From Octopus bimaculoides (lineage: Eukaryota), in the NCBI RefSeq assembly GCF_001194135.2, contig NC_068988.1, positions 15,885,999 to 15,933,637 on the forward strand: a DNA stretch of 47,639 nucleotides. Reading direction: 5' to 3'. Below the pieces are notes generated by a model, which saw nothing but the letters and a program-made list of their open reading frames with translations, had not been told where the DNA came from and searched no databases. Shown here piece after piece: positions 1 to 10,814 of the stretch. Each line of letters opens with the position of its first letter. The stretch's first letter is position 1. The translations under genes were made by a program, and so were the position numbers.

Positions 1-139
1 GAGAGAGAATTGAAAACGAATAATTTTTACCAACAGGATGACAGACGAGTTGAGATCGATTAGATTCATCCACTCTCCGTAGAATATTTATGGCGGTAAT
101 GATGACGGGAACCAGCAGCTTGCAAGTGTGGCAAGAATG

Positions 140-178
<39 letters not shown>

Positions 179-249
179 CTCTCACACACAAATTCTGATT
201 TTATAGTGAACTCTCTTTGTCTTCATCGAGCTTACACACTTACGTGGTA

Positions 250-496
250 GGAATTTATTCAGATTTTCAAGGAGTTTTGGCGACTGATAGTACAAGACTC
301 GTTCCACATGCGAAGAGGGTGCCAGCTCGTTGCAGGGTTAACCTCCACCTGCTGCTTAATCTCATCTTCAGCTCATGAGCTGAGCAGCATGAAATGAACT
401 GCCTTACTGAAAGACACAAAGCCCGCTTTGAAGGTCGAGTTCACAACTTACTGATTGTATGCCCAATACCCTAACCACAGTGTGACGCGTCTTCAC
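250..496 (-). mobile_element. Diverged tRNA-headed SINE, family D head plus a distinct tail
   Basis: Reverse strand reads GTGAAGACGCG..TGGTTAGGGTATTGGGC..TGTGTCTTTCAGTAAGGCA, similar to the heads at 17215-17350 and 42990-43107. Confidence 0.55.
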
Positions 497-502
497 ATTT
501 TG

Positions 503-889
503 CTTGTTGTTGGCACTCCGTCGCTTGCGACGATGAGGGTTTCAGTTGATCCGATCAACGGAACAGCCTGCTCGTGAAATTAACGTGCAAGTGGCTGCGC
601 ACTCCGCAGACACGTGTACCCTTAACGTAGTTCTCGGGGATATTCAGCGTGGCACAGTGTGACAAGGCTGACCCTTTGAATTACAAGCACAACAGAAACA
701 GGAAGTAAGAGTGAGAGAAAGTTGTGGTGAAAGAGTACAGCAGGGTTCGCCACCATTCCCTGCCGGAGCCTTGTGGAGCTTTAGGTGTTTTCGCTCAATA
801 AACACTTACAACGCCCGGTCTGAGAATCGAAACCGCGATCCTATGACCGCGAGTCCGCTGCCCTAACCACCGGGCCATTGCGCCTCCAC
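503..889 (-). mobile_element. Full-length tRNA(Arg-like)-derived SINE, family A
   Basis: A/B-box-like head, body near-identical to 17947-18341, (AAC)n tail, 10-bp TSD TCACATTTTG at 493-502 and 890-899. Resembles described octopus tRNA-SINEs; exact family not verified. Confidence 0.9.
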
Positions 890-1088
890 TCACATTTTGT
901 ATTGAATGGTTTATAAAATAACTGATACTGATTAATTTCTACATATACTCGAGATGAGTTGTTGTTCAGCCCCAGGTTTACGCTGGTTTAGTAGACTCAC
1001 GCTCTATGACAGTTTAGTCACATCCATCCCATCTTTGTAGAATTATGATTATATTATCCAATACATCTATTCCTTATTTAAGACAGTG

Positions 1089-1278
1089 TGTGCCTGTAAT
1101 TCAAAGGGTCAGCCTTGTCGCACTGTGTCACGCTGAATATCCCCGAGAACTACGTTAAGGGTACACATGTCTGTGGAGTGCTCAGCCACTTGCACGTTAA
1201 TTTCACGAGCAGGCTGTTCCGTTGATCGGATCAACTGGAACCCTCGACGTCGTAAGCGACGGAGTGCCAACAACAACA
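1089..1278 (+). mobile_element. 5'-truncated family A SINE (3' module only)
   Basis: Matches the last ~190 bp of 17947-18341 and ends in an (AAC)n tail. Confidence 0.88.
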
Positions 1279-2574
1279 AGAACGATATGAAAAAGATTTT
1301 ACTAGAAAGAAATTTTTCTAGTTAGATGTTCGACAGCAGAGCCCCTCACAATGGCTTGTAAGCTCTTTGACTTTCAATCTATGTATTAATCCACTACCCA
1401 GAACAGAAACTTATTTCTGTAATAGGTTTGACTTTTCCGTAGTGATCCAAGGATAAAAATTGAAATTGAAGGATTGCTGATATCAACGTAATACCAGACT
1501 TCGAATACTAAAGCAGGGATTCAACGTATGTAATATCGAACGACAGTCTTTATATACTACTTAACGTGGGTGTATTATTAGAATGCCAAATACTGCTGTA
1601 TTAGCCTTGAGATATCCTCTCATAAAAGGTATACAGCGCTATGAGCATAGCCATATATCATAGCAGACGACAATCGTCTGGCATGAGGACCAGACCTACC
1701 AGATCATGTGATATCAGCGTAATGCGCTTCCTCAGTGGCAGGCGTCCTGTTGCTGCGTATCAGACAAATCTCACTATTAGCGATATATAGAGTAACAGTG
1801 ATTTTTGCATTCACTTTACGGAGGATATAAAGATTGCTCTTCGGTATTAATACTTGGCGAATGTGTGAATTACCGCCTTTATGGAATTAGTGTAAAAAAT
1901 GTTGCCCACATAGTGAGCGAGTACAAAATACTAGAATGTAAAATAGGTATCACAATGACTATCTGTACTTTCACCGGTCACTGTGGAGAAAGGTGGACAA
2001 AGATAAACCTTGGAGAAACTGGGATTTCACTATTCTAACGGACCTCATACTTACCTGGATACAACAGACCTGTTACTGCAGATCTGAACACAAATAAGCG
2101 TGAATGACAGATTATTAATGTTACCATTCTAGGCGACCAATCATAATCTTAAAAGAAATTAGTCAATACAATCTATACATTTAAACCAATGTTGAATCAA
2201 TCTCAGTAGTCATAGGAGCTTTGGTCTCGATACGCCTGAGAATGAGGAGTGGGGTATCTTCAGCAAATAGATCTGGAAATCAGAATAGCTCCCTTTGAAA
2301 ATAATACTTCTTTCTTAGGCTCTACACATGCATGTTGATTAAGACTCAATAGTGGAAAAATACACAAAGAAAAAATATCGGCACTGATTGAGAAGCGCAC
2401 AACGCAAAAGCTAAAATCGAAATATTTCTGTTAGTAGTACAAGATCAAAGCTTTTCTATTAGAAAAGATCTAATTAAGCAGAATATATTAAATAACTGGA
2501 GAAGATATTACGGTTGTAAAGCAATAATTAATAATATTGCTTCTTGTTACCCTTGTCTTAGTCAGGGGTCGACA

Positions 2575-2945
2575 TCGGTGCCGATTCCCCCGTCAGTAAC
2601 ACTTGTGTCCCTCCTTCTCAAATACTACAGGACCAGTCTTTGGGTAGGTGTGTCACGTACAATATGGGTTTGCGCTGTCGTCCTGCCCTCTTATTTAAAG
2701 ATAACATGTATGGTCCCATATGTTTTTCCTTTCCCAGTGAAGGATATTTCACTAAAAATATCTTCCAAAGCAGTCTCCAACTCTTGTGTCGATTGAACAA
2801 GAAAACCTCTTGTGTTTTTGACAAAGCACAAGTAGCTTACCTTCTTCCTCTCGCATGCCACTGTGATAGATTGTGTTACGCTGATGCCTGTGATGTTTTC
2901 AAAATGTTGTCAATCTCGTTATTTCAGCAAACTGTTCTATATCTC
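2575..2945 (-). pseudogene. Possible decayed non-LTR retrotransposon ORF1 fragment (Tx1/L1-like)
   Basis: Minus frame reads ..STQELETALEDIFSEISFTGKGKTYGTIHVIFK*..YLRRRDTSVTDGGIGTDVD with stops. Resemblance recognised by eye only. Confidence 0.4.
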
Positions 2946-2989
2946 TAACCACTCTGCTAGCTTGCCCTTTTAATAGTAATAATAATTGT

Positions 2990-3182
2990 TTAAAATTTTG
3001 GCACAAGGCCTGCAGGTTTACATGGACTCCATTTCTTGACTAACACTTTATTTTATCGATTCCGAAGGGATGAAAAGCAGAATTGACCTCATTGGAATAT
3101 GAACTTAGAACTTAAAGGACCGGACGAAATGGCGTTAAGTATTTTGTCTGTCACGTTAACGATTTTGCCAGCTCGTCGCCCT
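2990..3182 (-). mobile_element. Family C SINE copy
   Basis: Reverse complement of the GGCGACGAGCTGGCAAAATCGTTAAC head and the ..GGCCTTGTGCC end shared with 11548-11755. Confidence 0.8.
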
Positions 3183-3194
3183 CTTAATAATAAT

Positions 3195-3362
3195 AATCCT
3201 TTCTATTAAAGGCACAAGGCCTGAAATTTGATGGGAAGGGAGTAATCGATTACATCGATCCCAGTGTTTTACTGATACTAAATTTTACTCAGAACGTAAA
3301 AGACGGACTAAATGCCGCTAAGCATTTTGCTCGGCGCGGTAACGATTCTGACAAGTCGCCAC
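3195..3362 (-). mobile_element. Family C SINE copy with internal deletion
   Basis: Same head and end motifs as the adjacent copy. Confidence 0.75.
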
Positions 3363-3374
3363 CTTTAAGTTATT

Positions 3375-3716
3375 TTCTAATTTTGACACAAGGCCAGCAA
3401 TTTCAAGGAAAGGGTGTGTCGATTGCATCGACCCAAGTACTTGACTTGTAACTGGCAGTTTAATCTATAAACCCTGAGAGGGTGAAAGGTAAATGCGGCC
3501 ACGGCGGAATTTGAACTCAAAATGTAAAAAACCGAAAGAAAATCCGTTAAACAGGCGCAGGAGTGGCTGTGTGGTAAGTTACTTGCTTACGAACCGCATG
3601 GTTCCGGGTTCAGTCCCACAGTGTGGCACCCTGGGCAAGTGTCTTCTACTAGACCCTCGGGCCGACCAAAGCCTTGTGAGTGGATTTGGTAGACGGAAAC
3701 TGAAAGAAGCCCGTCG

Positions 3717-3783
<67 letters not shown>

Positions 3784-4045
3784 TTGTGCGTCTGTGTTTG
3801 TACCCCCAACATCGCTTGACAACCGATGTTGGCGTGTTTACGTGTCCGTAACTTAGCGGTTCGGCAAAAATAGACCGATAGAATAAGTACTAGGCTTACA
3901 AAGAATAAGTCCTGGGGTCGATTTGCTCGACTAAAGGCGGTGCTCCAGCATGGCCGCAGTCAAAATGACTGAAACAAGTAAAAGAGTAAAAGAGAGAGTA
4001 AACATTTTGTCCGAAGTGTTTAATGGTTTTGCGAGCTCGTCGCCT
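3375..4045 (-). mobile_element. Family C SINE split by a family B insertion (3553-3997)
   Basis: C 3' part at 3375-3545, C head resumes at ~3999-4045, TAAACA on both sides of the insert. Confidence 0.7.
3553..3997 (+). mobile_element. Full-length family B SINE (tRNA-like head, CORE-like segment, internal (TA)n(TG)n, 3' module)
   Basis: GGCACC(C/T)TGGGCAAGTGTCTT resembles the start of the CORE-SINE domain. Both halves recur elsewhere in the window. Confidence 0.85.
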
Positions 4046-5015
4046 CAACAACAGGAACAACAAAGACGACGGCGGTGATGATTTTTCAGCATCGGCTCAG
4101 CGTCACTGATTTTGAGAGAAGTATTTTGTTATTCAAATTAATCTGAATACTTCAGCAGTACTTATATCCTCAGAACCGTAACTAAATACTTTAAGGCGTT
4201 TTGTTTTTACATTCGATCGATTTTTGCCATTGAAACGTCTTTACTTGAGATTTTCCCAGAGGTAAACTTTATTAGAATATTCCAGTTCCCAATTTATATA
4301 GTTTTCTTAAAAGGTAAAAATCTCCCACAACACGCTCAATAAATTACAAACTTTCTGATCCATATGTAAAATCTCAACCAGCTCTTCAAATTTATCACCG
4401 AAATAATTACATCATCCATGAAACATACCAAATGCCACTAAGATGAAAGTGATTTATATCTTACCTTAACGTTTCATAACATTCAACATTTATAACTTCG
4501 CAAATCTCGTTTTCCGCTCTCCAAGTAATCCAACCACCTTGTTTTTATATGATTATCGTACTAATAATCACATTTTAAAATCCTATCTTTGAATCAGATA
4601 AACAAAATTTTGTTTTCTGTGAAAACTCTTTTCACATAATCTCTTTATCACCCGTTCATGGTGTAATATACAGGGTAGAAGCTTCTCTTGTTGTTGCTGT
4701 CAACGTAACTTATAATAGAATTACACAAAAGATTCCAGTGGAATATAGCAATTTGTTATTACGACCAGGCTTTCAACAGTTTTACATACGACAGAGCCGG
4801 TTCGTAATAAATGCTGCATTTAGATGAAGTAAATCTTTATTTACTGGCAAATAAGCCATTAATTGTGTGAGCGCTGTAAAATAAGATGTGTAGCGAGTTA
4901 GTAAGCTCAGAGCCAGTTGAGATTTTGAGGTTTTCGGTTGAGTCATCCCCATTTGATTTCGCAGTATTTTTGGAACTCAAATACGATTCCTGACTGAAGT
5001 CAATCATTTAGAACA

Positions 5016-5075
5016 GTGTTTCCCAAATTGTGGTCCAAGGACCCCTGGTGGTCCGCAAATAGTACTGGTAGAATG
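5016..5075. mobile_element. hAT/Charlie-like terminal fragment
   Basis: CAGTGTTTCCCAAATTGTGGTCC..GGACCCCT resembles Charlie-type TIRs. Confidence 0.4.
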
Positions 5076-5174
5076 GTAGAATGTTTTTTCGATATACTCG
5101 AAGTAACAGCCAGATCTCTCTAAAACGACCACTACAACAAAAAGAAAAAAAACATTACTTTGATAAAGTAGTGC

Positions 5175-5343
5175 AAGGCAGCGAGCTTGCAGAATCATTA
5201 GCACGTTGGGCAAATGTTTAAGGGTAATTTTTCGTCTTTACACCGAGGTCGACCATAAAATAAACACTAGTTGAACACTGGGGCCGATGTTATTTGCCCT
5301 CTCTTTTACAATTGCTGGCCTTGCGCCAAAACTTGAAACCAAT
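5175..5343 (+). mobile_element. Family C SINE copy
   Basis: GGCAGCGAGCTTGCAGAATCATTAGCAC head and GCTGGCCTTGCGCC end. Confidence 0.75.
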
Positions 5344-5357
5344 GTTTTGAAAAAGTA

Positions 5358-6195
5358 GGGCGGCAAGATGGCAGAATCTTTAGCACACCAGGCAAAATGT
5401 TTACTCTTTTACTTGTTTCAGTCATTTGTTTGCGGCCGTGCTGGAGCACCGCCTTAAAGGGTTTTAGTCGAATTAATCAACCTCAAGATTTATTCTTTGT
5501 AAGCCTAGTACTTATTCTATCGGTCATGTTTATCGAACTGCTAGATTACAGCGACGTAAACCCTAACATCGGTTGTTAAGCAATGTTGGAAGGACAAACA
5601 CAGACATAAAGACATACACACATAAATAAATACACACACACACACACACACACATCAGTAACGCCCTTTTGTATTTGAATTTTCTAGCTTCTAATTGAAT
5701 TTTATTTCCTAAAACTACTGCGATTTTTTCATTAGTTTATTATTCGTTTCTTTAAGTAATGCAATAAATTTGTGTTCAATAAAAAATTACTTAATAAACA
5801 TTTATATATTATAAAAGTTATTACATGCAAAGAGGGCGTTACTTCAGTCGCACCCTGTATATGTAAATACCACGGGCTTCTTTCAGTTTCCTTCTATCAA
5901 ATCTGCTCACAAGACTTTCGTCGGCTCGAGGCGATTGTAGAAGACACTTAACTAAAGTGCCATGCAGTGGAACTGAACCCGGAAAAATGTGGTTAGGAAG
6001 CAAGTCTCTTACCACACAGCCACGCCACGCGGCATTTTGTCCATCTTTACGTTCTGTGTTCAAATTCCACCGAGCTTGACTTTGCTTTTATCCTTTCAGA
6101 GTCGATAAAATAAGTACCAGTTATGCACTGGGGTCGATGTTAATGACTTACCCCTCCCTTACAATTGCTGGACTTGTGCCAAAATATGAAACCGT
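5358..6195 (+). mobile_element. Family C SINE interrupted by a family B SINE (5401-6031, minus), itself interrupted by a MITE
   Basis: C head ends at CAGGCAAAATGTTTA (~5402) and resumes at GCGGCATTTTGTCC (~6029). B modules lie between in reverse orientation. Confidence 0.8.
5657..5843. mobile_element. Small AT-rich MITE with terminal inverted repeats
   Basis: Perfect 11-bp TIR AGTAACGCCCT (5657-5667) / AGGGCGTTACT (5833-5843), extending imperfectly to ~20 bp; TC on both flanks. Confidence 0.65.
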
Positions 6196-7069
6196 TATTT
6201 TTATAAATTAGTTCTTGGAATATCCGGAAAACGAGATAATTATGACAGGAACCTAATTGGTTATAGGTCTGATGCCTTTATTAATGCTGACCTAGGGTTA
6301 CTACTACTACAGACCCAGGTCAGCTGTGCTTGAGCAAACCTAGATTTAAGGACACTCCGGCCACATCTGTCTATAGCATTTGCACCAAATTTAAAAACAG
6401 TTATAAGATTAGACAATTATGAGAGGTAAAGGAACATAGTGTATTCAGGAAGAAGCAAAAGGAGCAATTTTTCCGAGCGTCTTGCCAGAAGGCGCGTGAA
6501 ATAAACAAAACAGTTTTTCATATTAAAAATAGAGAGAAAACAAAAACAAAAGACAATTAAAGATTGTAAATTCCCTTTGGTATGACATCGATGTTTTGGA
6601 TTATTATATCTAGGCTGAAAAAATCCACTTCCTACACAATTTTTGACATTATTTGTTTTTTCCCTTTTGTTTCTTTTCAGATTATTTTTTCACACAAAAG
6701 ACTCAGAATGTTTTAGGATATTGAACTTTCTGGAGCTCAGAAGAGAGAAGTTTCCAAATAAAGGAATGGCACAAATTGCAACTGTATTGGTTGTACAGTT
6801 CTATATTTAAGAGATGAGGAATTATTTACATTATTTACATTATTTACATTTGACGGATAATCCCAGTAATGAAAACTTGGGAATCTTAAATTTCAGGATT
6901 GTGGGTCTTGGTTCGATCCGGAATATTTTTAATTTACTCATTGAGTCAGCCTGTTTGCAAAATGGTATGAAATGTTGGGCTACGGTCTCGAGGAGTAAAG
7001 TTGAAAAAAGTGTGACACACTGACACACTGACATTCACATTTATTATATTACATTATTATATTGTATTA

Positions 7070-7207
7070 AGGTAGCGAGCTGACAGAATTGTTAGCACGC
7101 CAGGCGAAATGCTTATCAGTGATTCGTCTGCCGTTAGCCTTTGAGTTCGAATTCCGCCGAGGTCGACTTTGCCTTTCACCCTTTCGGGGTCGATGAAATT
7201 AGTATGT

Positions 7208-7245
<38 letters not shown>

Positions 7246-7475
7246 CTGTGTGTGCACGTGCTTGTCCCGCACCACCGCTTGATAACCGGTGTTGGTCTCT
7301 TTACGTCACCGTAAGTTAGCAATTCGGCAAAAGAGACCAATAGATTAAATATTAGGCTTCGAAAGAAAATATAAGTACTGGGATCGATTCCTTCAACTAA
7401 AATTCTTCAACTAAATCAACTAAAATGTATCCCAGTATGGCCGGCCGCAGTCTGATGAGTGAAACAAATAAAACA
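7070..7475 (+). mobile_element. Chimeric SINE: family C head, (TATC)n, family B 3' module
   Basis: 7070-7205 matches C; 7240-7475 matches the B 3' module at 3780-3990. Confidence 0.75.
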
Positions 7476-7964
7476 ACAGCAAGAACAACAGCAACAAAAA
7501 AATGATAAAAGATGTGCTTTCCAGGCTGTGTAAAATTTATCCAATAAATTTGAATTAGACAAGAGAGGAGCTACAGCAGTGCACCTTATCATACAAAAGT
7601 TGGAAGAATTACTATTAAATCCTTCTTAATTTGGCAGAATTACTGTGAATGTCCCCAAAGAGCCTTCAGCTTTACAATAACGATGGTAGAAAGTGGGACA
7701 ATCAACAACCCGGCATGTCAATATTTATTAATGTTTTATGATGTATTTGCGGTACCATCCTACAGGACAGCATTACTTTTGTAACGGAATGGTTGGTTGT
7801 TTTGTACAGTTAGATATATATATGTCTTGTTAATAGCGCTTGTCAGTTGATTAAACACACGCTCCCACTCGTTCTCTCTCCCTCTCTCTACCCCCTCTCT
7901 GTGTGCATTAAACACCGACTGACGCATATACATCTAAACGGATATCCATCTACATAATCAATCC

Positions 7965-8135
7965 TGATTTAGGAACAAGGCCAGTAATATCGAGGTCAAA
8001 CGTTGCTGCATTTTATCAACCCCGACAGGATGAAAGGCAAAGTTAACTTCGGCGGGATTTGAACTCTGAACGCAAATCGACAGAATAGATACCACTAAGT
8101 TTTTTTTTTCTCGTCGCTCTAACGATTCTGCCACC
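7965..8135 (-). mobile_element. Family C SINE copy
   Basis: Reverse complement of the C body (AAAGGCAAAGTTAACTTCGGCGGGATTTGAACTC). Confidence 0.75.
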
Positions 8136-8192
8136 TCGATGTCTTTATCCAACTACATAGCCATCATTTAATATACTATACACGTAATTTAT

Positions 8193-8393
8193 GGTCGCGA
8201 GCTGACAGCAACGTTAGCACGGCAGGTGAAATACATAGCTGCATTGTTCTGAGTTCAAATTTAGCCGAGGTCGACTTTAGCTTTCATCCCTTTTAGGGTT
8301 GATAAAATAAGTACTAGTTGAGCCCGGGGGTTGATGTGATCGACTTAGCTCCTCTCACGAAATTGCTGGCCTTTCCCAAAATTTGAAACCAAT
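8193..8393 (+). mobile_element. Family C SINE copy
   Basis: GGTCGCGAGCTGACAGCAACGTTAGCAC head and a C-type body. Confidence 0.78.
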
Positions 8394-8544
8394 ATATAAT
8401 ACATGTTTTACTGTAATATCCATCCGCTCATCTGTCTCTCTATATATATGCGCGTATACATGACCAGTATGGTCTCAAGCCATTCTCTGGGGGACAGGAC
8501 ATGTTTGAGGCTCTTGACCTGCAGTAGACTGGACATGGCAGCCC

Positions 8545-8884
8545 AAATCAATCCAATGAATCGACCCCAGTACTTATTTTTTAGGCCTCGTACTTATCTT
8601 ATCGGACTCTTTGCCGAAAGGCTAGATTACAGGGACATAAATACACTAACACCGGTTGTAAAGTGGTGATAGGGGAGTAACACAAACACAGATACACAGA
8701 CATATACACACACATACATATACATAGGACGGGCTTCTTTTAGTTTCCGTCCACCAAATCCATTCACAAAGCTTTGGTCGGTCTGAGGCTATAGAAGAAG
8801 ACAATTGCCCGGGATGCACGCAGTGGGACTGAATCCGGGACAATGTAGTTGGGAAGTAAGCTTCTTACTACATAGCTACTCCTA

Positions 8885-8888
<4 letters not shown>
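8545..8888 (-). mobile_element. Family B SINE copy
   Basis: Both B modules in reverse orientation around a short (AC/AT)n tract. Confidence 0.8.
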
Positions 8889-8920
<32 letters not shown>

Positions 8921-8923
<3 letters not shown>

Positions 8924-9129
8924 TAATCTCTCGCTATATCGCGGTTAACCTAACACGGTTTATTATTTAAGCTTATGTCGATTCCTCCGTGGTGTTGTTT
9001 TGCATTTATAATAAAATGAATATGTACAAATTATAAAAATAATAAAATAGATATACACTACTGTTTCTACTTCGTGAATTTTCACCTATCGCGGGGTTTT
9101 TGGAACGTAACACCTGCGATAGTCGAGGG
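8921..9129. mobile_element. Tigger/pogo-like MITE, right end truncated
   Basis: TA|CAGTAATCTCTCGCTATATCGCGG left TIR; GCGATAGTCGAGGG is a partial inverted match at the right. Confidence 0.65.
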
Positions 9130-9232
9130 CAACGATTCCTATGGGTCGCATAAATTGTAATTCTTCGAAACATATGTCGGAATAAAGTATGCAGTTATAA
9201 CATGCGTTTATTCCATTCCTTAAATTTTTATA

Positions 9233-9679
9233 TCTCTCTATATATATAAAATTGAGAATGTACGTGTGTGTGTGTGTGTGTGTGTGTCTGTGGGAATCCC
9301 TAAAACTCCAGAACTACACAACTAATTTCATTAATTTCATTCAAATTTTACACATGCCTTACTTAGGGTCCGGTTGTGTTTTAGTCAAAGAAAATTTTAA
9401 CTTCTTGCATACTTCCAGCCCACAGCAACATCATATCTCCTCCACTATTGAAGTATTACGTGTCAAAAGTGGAACAAAAACACTCATGTCATTCGAACCG
9501 GAATCTCAAAAACATTGTTATTATTAAATTTATGCATTTCTAATCAATTTGGAGATATTTGCTATCAAGTTGCAGATTTTTAACAATGCATTTGGTGATT
9601 ATTTGCTTTATTTCTTGGGCAAAATTTACAACTTAGAATAAAAGAATAAAATTATTATTTCATTCAAAAATTGATGAGC
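9233..9679 (+). mobile_element. Non-autonomous Helitron-like element, 5' part running into a gap
   Basis: A|TC start, TCTATATATATAAAA, (GT)n, then an AAACTC..AACTAC..AATTT pattern like Lep1-type Helitron 5' ends. No 3' end is visible. Confidence 0.5.
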
Positions 9680-10814
9680 NNNNNNNNNNNNNNNNNNNNN
9701 NNNNNNNNNNNNNNNNNNNNNNNNNNNNNNNNNNNNNNNNNNNNNNNNNNNNNNNNNNNNNNNNNNNNNNNNNNNNNNNNNNNNNNNNNNNNNNNNNNNN
9801 NNNNNNNNNNNNNNNNNNNNNNNNNNNNNNNNNNNNNNNNNNNNNNNNNNNNNNNNNNNNNNNNNNNNNNNNNNNNNNNNNNNNNNNNNNNNNNNNNNNN
9901 NNNNNNNNNNNNAAGGAATTTAGATGCTCCAAATAATGTGCAATGGTACGCGGATGATTATCAAAAAATTGTGCGCCCAAGTTCTGTAGGCAACAATCTT
10001 GAATGAACCGGCCGCTGGCTAAGACATACTTATAACTCCCATGTCCCTTACCCACTCCGATACGACCCATCAAACATATTACGCGTATTTATCTTAAGAC
10101 ATATATTGCCACCAAGACGCACACATTCATCACATACAAATCAAGGCAGACACCGACATCACCAAACACACTCACACATGCACACACACACACACACACA
10201 CACACATACGCACACACATTAAAATAACACACGCATATACACATCAATATAACACACACATATTCTCATCGATATAACACGCACACATCAATATAATACT
10301 CAAGCAGATATAATGTTTCGCAAATATAAAAGTATCACATATGCATATTCACTTCTCTACTCTTGTAGTTTCGCGCATGCGAAAACGCACATATACGAGC
10401 ATATGCACACGCATTCGCATGTTGGTATACATACACAAACGCAAACACACACACCCGCATACAGAGACATATGCACTTACATATACATGCGAGCTTATAC
10501 AAAAGACGATCCGCATCCACTACTGCCCTACTTCGTCGATAGCACCCACACCGGAACCATTTTGGCGATATTTCAATAAATTTAATTACTACAAATGTTA
10601 ACACGAGCCAAAAATTCAACTGAAACGCCCGATGCGCGCTCGTGTGTTTGTACTTGTGTGTATGTATCTGTGCGTGTGTGTATGTGGGTGTGTGGCTGTA
10701 TGTGTGTATGCCTGTGTATGTGTGTATAGTGTGCGTACGCGTTTGTGTTTGAGAGCATGAGCGTTTGCGTGTAAGTATGTAAATATATGTCCACATAGTT
10801 TACAGAATCATGTT

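Noticed and set aside
2047-2058. U1 snRNA 5' end (ATACTTACCTGG)
   Set aside because: The match stops after 12 nt and is better explained as the complement of a splice donor.
4460-4545. Minus-strand donor AAG|GTAAGA with a short open frame
   Set aside because: No good acceptor, and in-frame stops just upstream.
7452-7465. Hammerhead core CTGATGA-GT-GAAAC
   Set aside because: No room for stem II; it is a mutated form of the family B tail (AAATGACTGAAAC).
10170-10790. Fold-back between CA-rich and TG-rich tracts
   Set aside because: Expected from abundant degenerate dinucleotide repeats; no specific arm identity.
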